A stretch of 64,000 nucleotides of DNA from Deltaproteobacteria bacterium (lineage in GTDB: Bacteria > Myxococcota_A > Polyangia > Fen-1088), in the NCBI GenBank assembly GCA_033763315.1, contig JANRKS010000006.1, positions 32,001 through 96,000 on the forward strand, written 5' to 3'. Position 1 is the first letter of the stretch, and every line of letters starts with the position of its first letter. Position numbers and translations under genes: made by a program. The notes beneath the pieces are model-generated. The model did not search any database, was not told the origin of the DNA, and saw only the letters and a program-made list of their open reading frames with translations. Shown in pieces: positions 46,283 through 56,788 of this stretch.

Positions 46283-48358
46283 CTAGGGGCAGTGATCCGC
46301 GTATGGCGCTTCACCGTAGCGAAGCGGGCGCCGTTCGCACGCGGCGTCGATTGCGGCCTCATACTCGTCCACGATACGTTTCGTTAGTTCGATGGTCGCA
46401 GGCGATTCATGCTTCTCGGCGAAGGCAATCGGCATTGTGTTGCGGTAGATCGGCCGCATCGCGGACTTGTCACTGACCTTGCCGGTTCTCTGGATATGCT
46501 CGGTGGCCAAGAGCGCCATCATGCGAAATGTGTTGCCCGCGAGGACTTTGTAAAGCGCGAGAGCCTCGGGGGCTTGGGGCATCTTGTTCAATTCGATGCC
46601 GCGGTTGTAGGCCATGTAGTATCCGTACGTGTGCGCCCAGAAGTGATCAATGCCCTGCTCGAGCTCCTGTTTTTGGGTGGGATCCTCGTACTCATAAGCT
46701 GCGGCCAGGTTCTTGCGGAAGCGATGGTAAACCAAGTGATTGTAGTAGCCGCGCTCGTACAACTCGCCCGTAAAGTATTCCGACACCTTCGTTGAGTTGC
46801 TGCCATTGGTTCGGTAAAGGGTTTTGTCGAAGAACCACCCTACCCAGAACCACGAGACTTTCAGATCGTTCAACATCACGCGTGGATCCAACGAGTGATC
46901 AAGCTTCTCGACCGCGTCGGGCGGTAAACCCAAGCACGTGTTCCAGCTGCCCTTGCAATCTTTGGGAAAGAACACACTGCTCTTCGTGCGCGCCAAGTCG
47001 CCCAGCTCCCAAATGCTGTTCCGCCCTGGAAAAGGTGCGGCGCTCATGTTTGTCAGCCCAGGACGGCCTCGCATTTCTTCAAGGAATTGGTGTTGCGCGA
47101 ACACGACCGAGTCGTATTTGAGTTGATAGGACTTGTACGCAAACTCGTCGTGATCGTTGAAGTCGGCAGCTTTTGGGTCTACTTTCACAACACCCGTAAG
47201 CTTCGTCAGCGTTTCGCGCGCGTCTTGGATGGGCCAAAGCGTTTCCCACGAGGGATTGGCGATGTACTTGTCATGCAATTCATAAAGCTTCGCTTCGGCA
47301 GCCTTATCGACCGGAATGTGAGGCCGATCGGGAATCCACTCGTTGAGGGTGCCGTGTTCCTTGCCATGGTGAATGTCCTCGGTCCAACGATTGAGCGGCA
47401 CACCAATGGGGAAGGTGCGGGGGTTGATGGCTAGCAGCTCATCTTTGGCTTTGAGCGCCTTGGCCTTGGTGTCAAGCACTCCATCAAACAAGGTGGGAGC
47501 CGCTTGTTTTAGGTTCAGGCCGAATTTGTGATCGCGCTCGGCCGGTGTGGCGCCTGCGAGCACCTGGCCGCCTGGCTGAAATGGACGAAAATCAAGGAAC
47601 TTTTTGGGTCCCGCGATGCCGTACTTGGCGCGAATCGCGTGCACGAAGTCGATCACAGCGCGCGTTTGCTCCTCAGAAATGTGCTTGAGGGCACGACGGA
47701 AGATGGTGGCGTCGTCGTAGCCGATGTACGCGAGATCAACGGGCATGGGGCCATGGCAGCTGGCACACGCCGCACCTTCGTGATCGGGGGCACGCCATTC
47801 TTTGAGGCCGCGTGCGAAAGCCGAAGCAATCGCCCCTTCGTCAAGCATGCTGAGGTCGTTGCATCCCATTGTCTTGTCGGCGGTGACGGTTTTGCCAACA
47901 AGCGTTGCGTAGATCTGCAAGATCTCGCTTTCTGACAGTTGTTCTGCAGAAAACGACGGCATCACACCTGCCACGCTGCCGTCTTTGCCTTCACGAATGA
48001 TCTTCGCGAACGTATCGTAGCCCTTGTCCTCACGCAGGGAGGGGAACTTGCCAACGCCTTTGCCTTCAGCGCCGTGGCATCCTGCGCAATTAAGCGCGAA
48101 GGCGCCTGCCAACACCGTAGGTTCCGGTTTGACCTCGCTGCCTTTTTCTATGCAAACACGTTTGGCCGGCGCAGGCGCCGATGGCGTACCGCCGGTTTTG
48201 CCACCACCGCCTTGACTGGGTCCACCTGACCCAGCTTGGCTGCCACCTTCCCCGTTGCCGCCGCCATCGTCGCGATCGCCAGATACCCGCCCACCGGCAC
48301 AGGCTTGTGCCAACGCAACCGTAACCGCCAAGAGGACAACGCGCCGCCCATTCGGCAT
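46283..48358 (-). CDS. diheme cytochrome c lipoprotein with a large unrecognised C-terminal domain
   Basis: Lipobox AQAC, CAGCH...MPSF (class I cytochrome c), second motif CASCH. Start is 48358 or 48427. Confidence 0.8.
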   Translation of the reverse strand: MPNGRRVVLLAVTVALAQACAGGRVSGDRDDGGGNGEGGSQAGSGGPSQGGGGKTGGTPSAPAPAKRVCIEKGSEVKPEPTVLAGAFALNCAGCHGAEGKGVGKFPSLREDKGYDTFAKIIREGKDGSVAGVMPSFSAEQLSESEILQIYATLVGKTVTADKTMGCNDLSMLDEGAIASAFARGLKEWRAPDHEGAACASCHGPMPVDLAYIGYDDATIFRRALKHISEEQTRAVIDFVHAIRAKYGIAGPKKFLDFRPFQPGGQVLAGATPAERDHKFGLNLKQAAPTLFDGVLDTKAKALKAKDELLAINPRTFPIGVPLNRWTEDIHHGKEHGTLNEWIPDRPHIPVDKAAEAKLYELHDKYIANPSWETLWPIQDARETLTKLTGVVKVDPKAADFNDHDEFAYKSYQLKYDSVVFAQHQFLEEMRGRPGLTNMSAAPFPGRNSIWELGDLARTKSSVFFPKDCKGSWNTCLGLPPDAVEKLDHSLDPRVMLNDLKVSWFWVGWFFDKTLYRTNGSNSTKVSEYFTGELYERGYYNHLVYHRFRKNLAAAYEYEDPTQKQELEQGIDHFWAHTYGYYMAYNRGIELNKMPQAPEALALYKVLAGNTFRMMALLATEHIQRTGKVSDKSAMRPIYRNTMPIAFAEKHESPATIELTKRIVDEYEAAIDAACERRPLRYGEAPYADHCP

Positions 48359-48521
48359 CGGAGCGCCCTGTGTACTCGTGGCTAAAGAGATTCCCCAGGT
48401 TTGACTTGGCGTGAACTGCTTATCCATGGTCGTGGTCTGTGAGTGACATCAGGGTCGAAGTTGTTTCAAAAAGACTGAAAACTCGAACTCATGACGAGTG
48501 GAGGACCTCAGGCCGCTGCCG

Positions 48522-49853
48522 TCACGAAGGTGGGCACTCGTCCAAGAATGTGCCCCCGGAGGGGTAGGGAACAAGGACGAGGTTAACGCTTTCGGGAAGG
48601 GCATCGAGAAAGGCCTGGGGAAGGTCCTTCTCGGGGGCATTGGGGTCGCCTACCTCAAGCTGAACAACCTTAAGCGTTGGCAGCTTGGTGAGGTATTCAA
48701 GCGCGCCCTCGTAGACATAGGGACGCTTGGCGGACTGGGCGGTCACGCGCACCTGGCGAATGTTCTTGTGACCCGCGAATGCGCGGAAGGACGTGAGGTT
48801 TAGCGCCCCCTTCGCGTTGTGCTTAAGCTCAAGACAACGCAGGTTCGGCATTTGGCTGAGAAACGCAGCGATTTGGTCATCGTTCATGGTTGTGCGATGA
48901 ATCTGCAGGTCTTCCACACGCTTGGCTGCTTTGAGGAATTCGAGCGCCTCCGGACCTGCAGATCCGTTGTCGAGAACGAGGCGCGTTAAGTTCGGCATCG
49001 CAGGCAGTTCGTTCACCAGCGTGCCCGCAAGTGAGAAGTTGTGTTTGATTTCGAGCGCTGTCAGATCTGGGTGAACTTTCAGATACCTGATGAAGGCCTT
49101 CGTAGCGCCACCTTTGACGTCCATGTAATGAAAGCGCGCTTCACGTAAAGCCGCCATCTTTTCGAGAAACGCGAGCCCCGCGTCGGAGACATCCTGCGCT
49201 TCGATATGAACGCTCTGCAGTTTGTGGAAGGTGGTCACCTTCGATATCAACGCGTCTGAGACGTTGCCCGCCGCTGTGTTCTTGTTCCACATCTTGATGC
49301 GGGTGACGTTGCCGGCGGGGTCACGATCCACCTCAAACTGCGCGACCTTGCTTTTTAGTTGGTTGATAAGGTCATCTTGTGCGGCAACCGTCGACACAGG
49401 CAGTGCAGGCACATTCGTTTTTGAAACCAGCGGTGGAAGAGGTCCGGTGAAGATGACCAAGCCTCCTGCGGCGCCTCCCATAGGGAATGAGCTACCGCCT
49501 TGGCCAGCCGGTGCGGGTTGCCCGCCAGCGCCACCTGCAGCTGTGCCGGCCATGCCTCCTGAGGCGCCGGCCGTGCCTCCGCTCGTCTGTCCACCTACGC
49601 TTGGCGTTGCGCCACCTAGGCCGCCGTTTCCACCGGCGTTTTGCGATCCCCCGGTACCGCCTTTCTCATTTGGGTTAGGGGAGCTCACGCCGCCTTCTCC
49701 GCCTGTCTTGCCGTCAACGTCGTCTGACGCGCTCTCCGTGTCGGAAGTTCGGCAAGCGGAAGCGTAAAGCAGGCCCAGCCCGGCGGCGAGCATGACGAGA
49801 CGCTGCCTACGCCCAAGAATTATGCACAGGCTTGCGGCGTTGGCCGGCGGCAT
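48522..49853 (-). CDS. lipoprotein with leucine-rich-repeat-like domain
   Basis: Lipobox ASAC, Gly tether, LxxLxL repeats (MPNLTRLVLD, MPNLRCLELK, LPTLKVVQL). Confidence 0.75.
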   Translation of the reverse strand: MPPANAASLCIILGRRQRLVMLAAGLGLLYASACRTSDTESASDDVDGKTGGEGGVSSPNPNEKGGTGGSQNAGGNGGLGGATPSVGGQTSGGTAGASGGMAGTAAGGAGGQPAPAGQGGSSFPMGGAAGGLVIFTGPLPPLVSKTNVPALPVSTVAAQDDLINQLKSKVAQFEVDRDPAGNVTRIKMWNKNTAAGNVSDALISKVTTFHKLQSVHIEAQDVSDAGLAFLEKMAALREARFHYMDVKGGATKAFIRYLKVHPDLTALEIKHNFSLAGTLVNELPAMPNLTRLVLDNGSAGPEALEFLKAAKRVEDLQIHRTTMNDDQIAAFLSQMPNLRCLELKHNAKGALNLTSFRAFAGHKNIRQVRVTAQSAKRPYVYEGALEYLTKLPTLKVVQLEVGDPNAPEKDLPQAFLDALPESVNLVLVPYPSGGTFLDECPPS

Positions 49854-49973
49854 GAATCACTCCTCGAACAAAAGAGGGTCGTCACCTTAATGCGCAAGTA
49901 TGGGATGTTTGCCGCGGAGGCACAGTTGACACTACTCAATCAAACGGAGCCGGCCGAACCGTGGCCCCGCTCT

Positions 49974-51140
49974 CTACGGGACAGCTCGATCCGGCGCCGC
50001 GGCGCCAGTCAATCGCTTGATGTAGGCCACTTCGTTGGGATCGTAAGGCCGTCCGTCAGGATGCAAGATGTCGTGAAACCAAACGTCCGGTGGATTTGTG
50101 TAGGTGCGGGTCCACGAGTCCCACGGGTAGTTCGTTTGCGTTTTCCCCGCAACAAAGCCCCAACAGTAGGCTGCCACGTTGTTTCGCTTTAAGATTTCGA
50201 GACACGGATCGAACAAACTTTGTTGCCCGCGTGCCATGAATTCGGTGCACAGCAACGGGCGGCCATAGCGCCGAAGCTGGAAGATCTTTTCCTCCAGTCG
50301 CTTCGGCGGATCATAAGAATGAAAGCTGATAACGTCTGACTCAGCCACCATTAGCTTTTGCAACGGGCGCAAAGCTGCATCGTTTGACCAGTCGCCGTTC
50401 CAAAGGCCCGCTGTCAGGGGCTGCGTGGGGCGCGCGGCCTTGGCCCAACCGAAAGCCGCACGCAACAGGTCCATCGCGCGGGCCTCCTTGTCGTGGATCT
50501 CCCGTTTGGCGTAGCTTTTCTTGTTGGCGTTGTTGGGCTCGTTGAAGATGTCCCAACCGTGAACGCGGTTGTCGTTGCGAAAGGCGCCCACAACACCTCT
50601 TACATAAGCTTGCAAAGAGTTGTGCCGTTGGGGCGCCCCCAAAATGGCGGCGCCGGGGCTCTGTAGCCATCCGGGATTGTGTACGTGAGGTCGGGGCGGC
50701 GCTTGCTTGCCCAGCTGAGGTTGTGGATTCCAAACACCATCGAAAAGCACGAACAACACACCAATCTTGTGACGATGTGCCACCGTCAAGAATTGGTCCA
50801 CGCGCGCAAGGAAGGCCTCTCGATCCTGCCACAACAGATCATGCAAGAACACACGAACGCTGTTAAAGCCGAGCGCCTCTGCCCAACCAAGCTCGCGCTC
50901 AATCGTGGCCAAGTCGAACGAGTCGGCCTGCCACATCTCAAGTTGGTTCACGGCGTTGCTCGGTATGAAATTGCAACCGGCCAACCAACCGGTTCGCTTG
51001 AGCCATTGCGCTGCCGTGGCAGGGGGCCACGCAGCGTGTGCAGCGTATGGCATCTGCGCGAAAGCGGTGCTGGCCACTGCGGCTTGCAGTGACTGGCGCA
51101 AGAACGTGCGTCTTGAAGAGGGGAGGCGTTTGTCCTGCAT
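49974..51140 (-). CDS. Tat-exported GH5-type glycoside hydrolase (GH5_13-like)
   Basis: SRRTFLRQ, NQLEMWQ, acid/base WDIFNEP, nucleophile LCTEFMAR. Confidence 0.85.
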   Translation of the reverse strand: MQDKRLPSSRRTFLRQSLQAAVASTAFAQMPYAAHAAWPPATAAQWLKRTGWLAGCNFIPSNAVNQLEMWQADSFDLATIERELGWAEALGFNSVRVFLHDLLWQDREAFLARVDQFLTVAHRHKIGVLFVLFDGVWNPQPQLGKQAPPRPHVHNPGWLQSPGAAILGAPQRHNSLQAYVRGVVGAFRNDNRVHGWDIFNEPNNANKKSYAKREIHDKEARAMDLLRAAFGWAKAARPTQPLTAGLWNGDWSNDAALRPLQKLMVAESDVISFHSYDPPKRLEEKIFQLRRYGRPLLCTEFMARGQQSLFDPCLEILKRNNVAAYCWGFVAGKTQTNYPWDSWTRTYTNPPDVWFHDILHPDGRPYDPNEVAYIKRLTGAAAPDRAVP

Positions 51141-51144
51141 AATC

Positions 51145-52353
51145 TCAATCTTGGCGCTGCATTCCGTGTGTCTCACGAGCAAAACCCACGAAGGCGGCAT
51201 TGGAGTTAATCCTAACGGCTTGCTTGACGTTGCTCACAGTGCCGTTGGCCGTGTTCAGCTGCAATGTTACGACTGTGTGTTGTTCCTGGCTACCCACCAG
51301 TAAAAAGGTGCCGGTGGCGTCAATGGCGAAATCACGCGGCCCTGTGATGCTTGGGTGCACAAACCTCTGAAGTTGCCGTGGTCGAAAGGAAGCCGGATCC
51401 ACCTCGTAAGTATAGATACTCGCGGGCGGGCTGCGAACCGAGACGTACACAAAGCGGCCATCGGGCGAAACGATCACATGCGCCCCACCTCCCTGTCTGG
51501 TTGTTGCCGCCGCGGGGTTCGTTAGGTTTCCCGTGTCCGGATCGAGATCGTAAGAAACCAAAGTCATTTCACCTTCGTGCACCAGATACGCAGCGCGGTT
51601 CGAAGGATGGATCGCGATGTGACGCGGGCGAGGGTGCGTGCGTAAGCGGGTTTGATTTCCGTCCGCGGCAGGCAGCTCTTGCAAACTTCCACTGCGTTTA
51701 TCGAAGCGGTAGCGGCCCACTGAATCGTCGTCGCGGTTTGGAACGAATACAAAGCGACCGTCATGGGAGAAAGCAATTTGGTGCGGCCGATGCCCCGTAG
51801 GCAGGCTGGCCACGGAAGCTCCCAAACGACCATCTGGCTGCATCTGGAACACGTGTACGTCGTCGCTGCGGAAGTTGGCGACGAGCACGAAGTGTCCCGC
51901 AGGGTCTACACTTAGGTGCGTGGGGGCCGATCCGCCGCTGTTGGTCGATGCCAACCATTTCAAAGTGCCGTCGTGCGTGTCGCGCGAAAACGCATGGATC
52001 ACTCCATGCTCACCTTTGCCATCACAAACATACATGTGGCGACCATCGCTTGAGATGGCGCCATAGTTTCCACTTTGGGAGAAGCTCTTTTCCAGGCTGA
52101 GGTGGCCCGTGGACGGATCGAACGAAAGCAAAGCGATGTCGCCTGCTCCTAGTGCGTAGGCGAACACGTGCAGTGTGTTGGGCGCAGCCTTAGCGATGGT
52201 TTTGCTTGGCGGGTGGATGCAGGACCCGAGCAGAACGAGGCTCAGGATCAGGCTTGGTGAGAGACCACGCCCTAACGCTGTCGGAAGCGGATTTCGATCG
52301 AACCGGGCTTGCTTCACCCGTTCCATCTGACGTTGTGAATCTGCTCGTGGCAT
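51145..52353 (-). CDS. lactonase-family (6-phosphogluconolactonase-like) beta-propeller, probable lipoprotein
   Basis: PTHLSVD..G.FVLVANF, PHQIAF, PRHIAIHP, GPRDFAID. Confidence 0.8.
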   Translation of the reverse strand: MPRADSQRQMERVKQARFDRNPLPTALGRGLSPSLILSLVLLGSCIHPPSKTIAKAAPNTLHVFAYALGAGDIALLSFDPSTGHLSLEKSFSQSGNYGAISSDGRHMYVCDGKGEHGVIHAFSRDTHDGTLKWLASTNSGGSAPTHLSVDPAGHFVLVANFRSDDVHVFQMQPDGRLGASVASLPTGHRPHQIAFSHDGRFVFVPNRDDDSVGRYRFDKRSGSLQELPAADGNQTRLRTHPRPRHIAIHPSNRAAYLVHEGEMTLVSYDLDPDTGNLTNPAAATTRQGGGAHVIVSPDGRFVYVSVRSPPASIYTYEVDPASFRPRQLQRFVHPSITGPRDFAIDATGTFLLVGSQEQHTVVTLQLNTANGTVSNVKQAVRINSNAAFVGFARETHGMQRQD

Positions 52354-52685
52354 TGATGTTGCTCAATGGATCTTCGCGATGGCGATGGCGGTGTTGGCCG
52401 GGGCATAAGAGAGCGCAACCGCGTCAGGTGCTTAGGTCAGTGCCTCATGCGATCGTTGTCTGCCGTCTCAAGCTTGGCCGTCACGGTGTAATCAGACCAG
52501 TTCGCTGAACCGTCACTGCCCCAATACGAGGTGCTGTCAGCGTCGATCGACTGCGCCCCAAGGCGTCTTCGACTGAGCCGCTGCCCAACAACGTGCTTCG
52601 GGCCCCCTGGCGATCGGCCGAGGGGCCCGTGAGACCGTCCCGCAACAGGGCGGCCTCGTGTTACGTCAAGAGAACGGCTATGTAC

Positions 52686-53603
52686 CTAGCGTTCGCTAGG
52701 CAACAGGTCCGCAACGTCATCGCCAATGCGCTTGGCAATCTCGAACAAGGGTAAGTCGTTTCGATCCGAACCGAAAGGCTCTTCAATCTCGGTGGCCAAA
52801 AGTTCAAGACCCATGGTTGAGAAGAACAAAAACATCGCCGCAACCACCGTGCCGTAGCCATAGTCCTTCGCCATCGCAAAGGGCACAACCAAGGTGAACA
52901 ACACGATGAACTGCTTGATGTACGAGCTGTAGCCGAACGGGATGGGGGTGCGCGAGATTCGTTCGCAAGCCCCTGTGACGTCGTCGAAGGCAGTGAGCAA
53001 CGGCTGCAAAGCGATCACTGACTCGTGAGGTAGATTGCCCGCCCGCACATCGCTGTGAAACTCCTGCGTCAGATGGCTAAGCAGTCGGTTCGGACGGTGA
53101 GGGGCGTTCGCGAGCAGTTCAGCTACTTTGGCGATGGCCAGCTCGCCTTGTGTTTCCGCGGCGCGATCCACTGGATCCAGATCGCGTGCTTTATGGCTGG
53201 GGGGAAAAGCCCGCAGGTGTTGAGCCAGCGTGGCCGCGAAGCCCGCAATAAGCTTTGCGTAAAGCGATCGCCGTTCACGCCCCGGAGGCAACATCGCGTG
53301 CAGTTGGCGCGACAGCGCACGGCTGTTGTTCACCAACTGGCCCCACAGCCGCCGGCCCTCCCACCAACGGTCGTAGGCGGTGTTCGTCCGAAAAACCAAC
53401 AACAGGCCCAAGATGATTCCCAGCAACGACAAAACCGGCAAGCCAAAAGGCTGCGGAATCTTTCCCACATCCCGTTCCAGCCACACCACAAGTGCCGCAT
53501 AGATGGCCACCCCCACCACGTCCAAGAACAGCGTGCGGAACACCGGGCTTTGGGCAAAGCCAAGCAACACCTTCGTCCAGCTTTGAGGGTTGTATCGAAT
53601 CAC
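52686..53603 (-). CDS. bestrophin-family ion channel (YneE-like)
   Basis: LLVFRTNTAYDRWWEGR, CERI..TPIP, EIEEPFG.D.NDLP; start inferred at GTG 53603. Confidence 0.9.
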   Translation of the reverse strand: MIRYNPQSWTKVLLGFAQSPVFRTLFLDVVGVAIYAALVVWLERDVGKIPQPFGLPVLSLLGIILGLLLVFRTNTAYDRWWEGRRLWGQLVNNSRALSRQLHAMLPPGRERRSLYAKLIAGFAATLAQHLRAFPPSHKARDLDPVDRAAETQGELAIAKVAELLANAPHRPNRLLSHLTQEFHSDVRAGNLPHESVIALQPLLTAFDDVTGACERISRTPIPFGYSSYIKQFIVLFTLVVPFAMAKDYGYGTVVAAMFLFFSTMGLELLATEIEEPFGSDRNDLPLFEIAKRIGDDVADLLPSER

Positions 53604-53774
53604 GGGGTTGTCCTTGTCATGAATGCATCGCCCGGCGGGAATATACTGTCGCTCCGTGATTTGACGAGCAAAGGACGCCACGGACGATAGCGGCATCAAA
53701 AAGCGAACCCATAGAACGACGCAAGTGTGGTGCGGCGGGAGTTAGCGACAGCGATGGTTTTAGGCACGGGCAGA

Positions 53775-54329
53775 TTAGGCGTTTCTCGTTAGCCGCAGCT
53801 CAACCTCGCGATCCACGTACCGCCATTCCTCAGTTGATCGCAGACGCTCAAGCAGTTCATCGAACGCACCACGGCTTTCGGGGGCAAACTCAAACCACGT
53901 TAAAAAGTCGAAGTCACAACCCAAGTCACGGCAGTGGTACAAACGTCGCGCCACCGCAGGCAAGTATTCGCTGCCCACCGCAATGTGGTTCGATTTCTGT
54001 TCGAATATCGACCGCCGTTCGTCTTGGGACATTTGCCACCACTCGGGCAATTTGCGTATGGGGATAAGCGCGGCGCAAGTGCTGGCCGGGCGATCGAGAT
54101 CCTCCTGGATCGCCGCGAGCTTGCGCTTCTCCATGACTTCTTGATAGCGCTCGTTGCTCCTTACGCCATCAAGCGACCACGCTGCATCAATGGGGTTTTG
54201 GAACACCGAACCTTCAATCCGGCTCAATGCCGACGCCGCCGGAAGACCTTGGCCCACCACGGTCCGCACATGTTCCACGCGCCATTGCCCCACAGCCCCC
54301 GCAACAAAACTGACCCTTGTAACTGCCAT
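53775..54329 (-). CDS. cld: chlorite dismutase, short dimeric clade 2
   Basis: LIPIRK..EWW...DERR, proximal His (NHIA), distal Arg (AVARRLYHCRD), FDFLTWFE, TEEWRYVDRE; GGAGG RBS before ATG 54329. Confidence 0.85.
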   Translation of the reverse strand: MAVTRVSFVAGAVGQWRVEHVRTVVGQGLPAASALSRIEGSVFQNPIDAAWSLDGVRSNERYQEVMEKRKLAAIQEDLDRPASTCAALIPIRKLPEWWQMSQDERRSIFEQKSNHIAVGSEYLPAVARRLYHCRDLGCDFDFLTWFEFAPESRGAFDELLERLRSTEEWRYVDREVELRLTRNA

Positions 54330-54522
54330 GTTCACCTCCGCGTACGCCAAAGTGAAGCAGAGGTCATTTTTCGTCGACGTAAACACTGACCTTTAAAGCG
54401 AAAAAAAGCCCGAACAAGGCCCGGTTATCGTTGGGGTCGTTTATGCCTTCGCTACCGATTCTCCGGCGGCCTATCGTGCATGGGCACGGCCCGTATGGCA
54501 TCGACGGCGCGGGTAAGGGCCA

Positions 54523-55344
54523 CTAGCCCCCGTTGACAGAGGCGCGCAGACCCGGGAATTGAGCGTCGATGGCAGCGGTCATGGTGAGCAGGTCGCTGTT
54601 CATCGACCTTTGCTTGCTGTTTGCCTCGGCGGTTGCGTCCGAACCCTTCCTCAGCTCCGCCTGGATCTTATCCATCTGAAGCGCAAGGGTCGGATCCTTG
54701 CCAAGGTCGGTGACGGACTCGGCGTGGAGTTGATTGCCGCGTGCATTGATGCCGTCGCCGCGTCCGTCGAGGTGACGGTTGGCGGCGCTCAACTGAAGAA
54801 TGATTTTCATGTTGGCTTCGACCTTGGCCCACCTGGCAGCGTCGCTCAGGATTGGGTGCTGGTTGACCGTGGTCTGCACGGTGCACGAGCCCGGGGTCAG
54901 GTTAAGGCTGGCTCCAGCGTCACAGTTCGCCCGAATGCCTGCGGAAGCCTCGCTCGATGCGCTGCCGCTACCCGCTCTGCCCGTAGCGCGCGCATTTGCA
55001 TCGGCGCGACAGTCGGCAACGAATGAGGCGTTGAAGCTGGGTGGCTGGCATACCACCTTGGTTTGAACCTTGATGGCGTCGCGGATGAAGGTTGCAATGG
55101 CATCTGCGTTCGCTTCGACCCCGAGACCTGCCGCGAGCTCGGCCTTGGCGTGCTGATGCCTTGCATAGGCCGCGTTGACGGCCTGTAGGTAGCCGTCGGC
55201 CTCCACGACCCACGACGCGTACTTAGCCGGCATCTCGGCGATCGGGACGTCGATCTCGGCGCTGGCTTTGAACGCGAAGCTGGCGGCACAGCCAGGCAAA
55301 AAAGCCGTGACAAGTAAAATAGCTACAAGTCCGATACGGATCAT
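54523..55344 (-). CDS. hypothetical lipoprotein (helical, with a Cys/Ala-rich insert)
   Basis: MIRIGLV...LPGC lipobox; GAGGGGGA upstream. Confidence 0.75.
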   Translation of the reverse strand: MIRIGLVAILLVTAFLPGCAASFAFKASAEIDVPIAEMPAKYASWVVEADGYLQAVNAAYARHQHAKAELAAGLGVEANADAIATFIRDAIKVQTKVVCQPPSFNASFVADCRADANARATGRAGSGSASSEASAGIRANCDAGASLNLTPGSCTVQTTVNQHPILSDAARWAKVEANMKIILQLSAANRHLDGRGDGINARGNQLHAESVTDLGKDPTLALQMDKIQAELRKGSDATAEANSKQRSMNSDLLTMTAAIDAQFPGLRASVNGG

Positions 55345-55623
55345 CGTTCGTTCCCCCTCAATGGTTTGACAAGCTACAGACCAGGCTCCAAGCGGCCATT
55401 TCCGGCCCCTCACGCCGTGGAAGTCGGAGCGGCTTGGGCACGGTACCACAGCCGGGCAACTTCACCTGCCAAACCGTTCAGCTGACCCTTCTGATCCTCA
55501 TGTCTTCAGGGCGAACTCCGAAAAAGGTTATGACTTTTTCAGCGTTGACCCTAAAGCATGATGCGACGGGACCAAGCAACCGCTGCCCCTACGGGCCACG
55601 AAGTCGGTCACCTAATGAGCAAA

Positions 55624-56541
55624 TCACTTGGCGCTGATGCTGAAGTCGTCCACGTAGATCTTGCCGCTCCAAGTGGTACCCGGCGTCACCTCACCGTAGA
55701 TTCCAAGCTCAAAGAGGTTGTTGGATGTCACCTTTGAGCAGTCGTAGTCTTGGGGAATGAGAAAATCAATCTTGGTCCACTGACCTGGCGTGGCCGCGGC
55801 CAAGATGCTTTGGCTCTTCCAGCCGTTGACCGTTTGCAAAACCAACGACAACTGCTTGAGTTGGTTGCCCGCGGGGACCAACACCCATGCTGATATCGTG
55901 CGGCCGGCCTGCAGGTAGTTCATGAACATGCTGCGGTCTTTCACGATGAAGAACCACTGGTATCGCAGGGTGCCTCCCGCCCCAGCATCGGCACCCGCGT
56001 CGGAGCCACCTGATGGCATCCCATCTGCGGTGTTGATCACGAGTTCCATGGCCTTGGCTTTGGTGTGAACGGGCGAGGTCACGAGCTGAGGCATCGGTGC
56101 TGGCACGCGCAGGTTGGCGGGATTTGAAATCGCGGACGAGGTCATGAACAAGTCCGCGTCGGATTCGAACTCGATGAGCTTTTGCCCCGGAAGGGTTGCG
56201 CAAGTCACCATGCCGCCGGTGCCGGGCGTTCCTCCCGTGTTGGCTGCGCCGCCCGTGCCCGTGCTGCCACCCGTGGTGTTTGCACCGCCGGTGCCTGTGC
56301 TGCCACCCGTGGCGTTGGTGCCGCCCGTGCCTGGGCTGCCACCTTTACCGCCTGAACCGCTGCCGCCCTTTCCGCCGGCGCTGCTCCCTGCTTTGCCTCC
56401 CTCCGATGTTCCGCCACCGGCCCCCGCCACTTCACCGCCCATACCACCTTCATTGTCGCCTTCTGAGTTTCCTCCCCCACAGCTCACGGCCCACGCCAAA
56501 CCAATCACGCTTACGCTTGCCAACAATAAACTCGTGCGCAT
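55624..56541 (-). CDS. lipoprotein with Gly/Thr tether and C-terminal CBM-like beta-sandwich
   Basis: Lipobox AVSC, TGG repeats, TISAWV..P...GQWTKI...GKIYVDDF; GGAGGAG RBS. Confidence 0.75.
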   Translation of the reverse strand: MRTSLLLASVSVIGLAWAVSCGGGNSEGDNEGGMGGEVAGAGGGTSEGGKAGSSAGGKGGSGSGGKGGSPGTGGTNATGGSTGTGGANTTGGSTGTGGAANTGGTPGTGGMVTCATLPGQKLIEFESDADLFMTSSAISNPANLRVPAPMPQLVTSPVHTKAKAMELVINTADGMPSGGSDAGADAGAGGTLRYQWFFIVKDRSMFMNYLQAGRTISAWVLVPAGNQLKQLSLVLQTVNGWKSQSILAAATPGQWTKIDFLIPQDYDCSKVTSNNLFELGIYGEVTPGTTWSGKIYVDDFSISAK

Positions 56542-56788
56542 TTATGCTTCTCCTCCGTCAATTTATGGATCGCACACCGCATGGGCCTGCTTTGCGGGTG
56601 TTGAAATTCGGAGTGTAGATTCGGCCACGCGCTCTGCCCACGGCAGCGGCACAACAGCTAACGATTTACTGACGAATGTATTGTGAGTACAAGCCCGCGA
56701 TGTGGTTGTTACGACGACCGGCGCATTGGATCGCCCGGGATGTTAAACGTCCAACTCTGCCAACGGCTTTCTTACCTAGGATGCTCCT

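Noticed and set aside
48432-48457. CGACCC-N16-CCAC upstream of the diheme cytochrome gene
   Set aside because: Two mismatches and a different spacer make it too degenerate to count as a regulon member.
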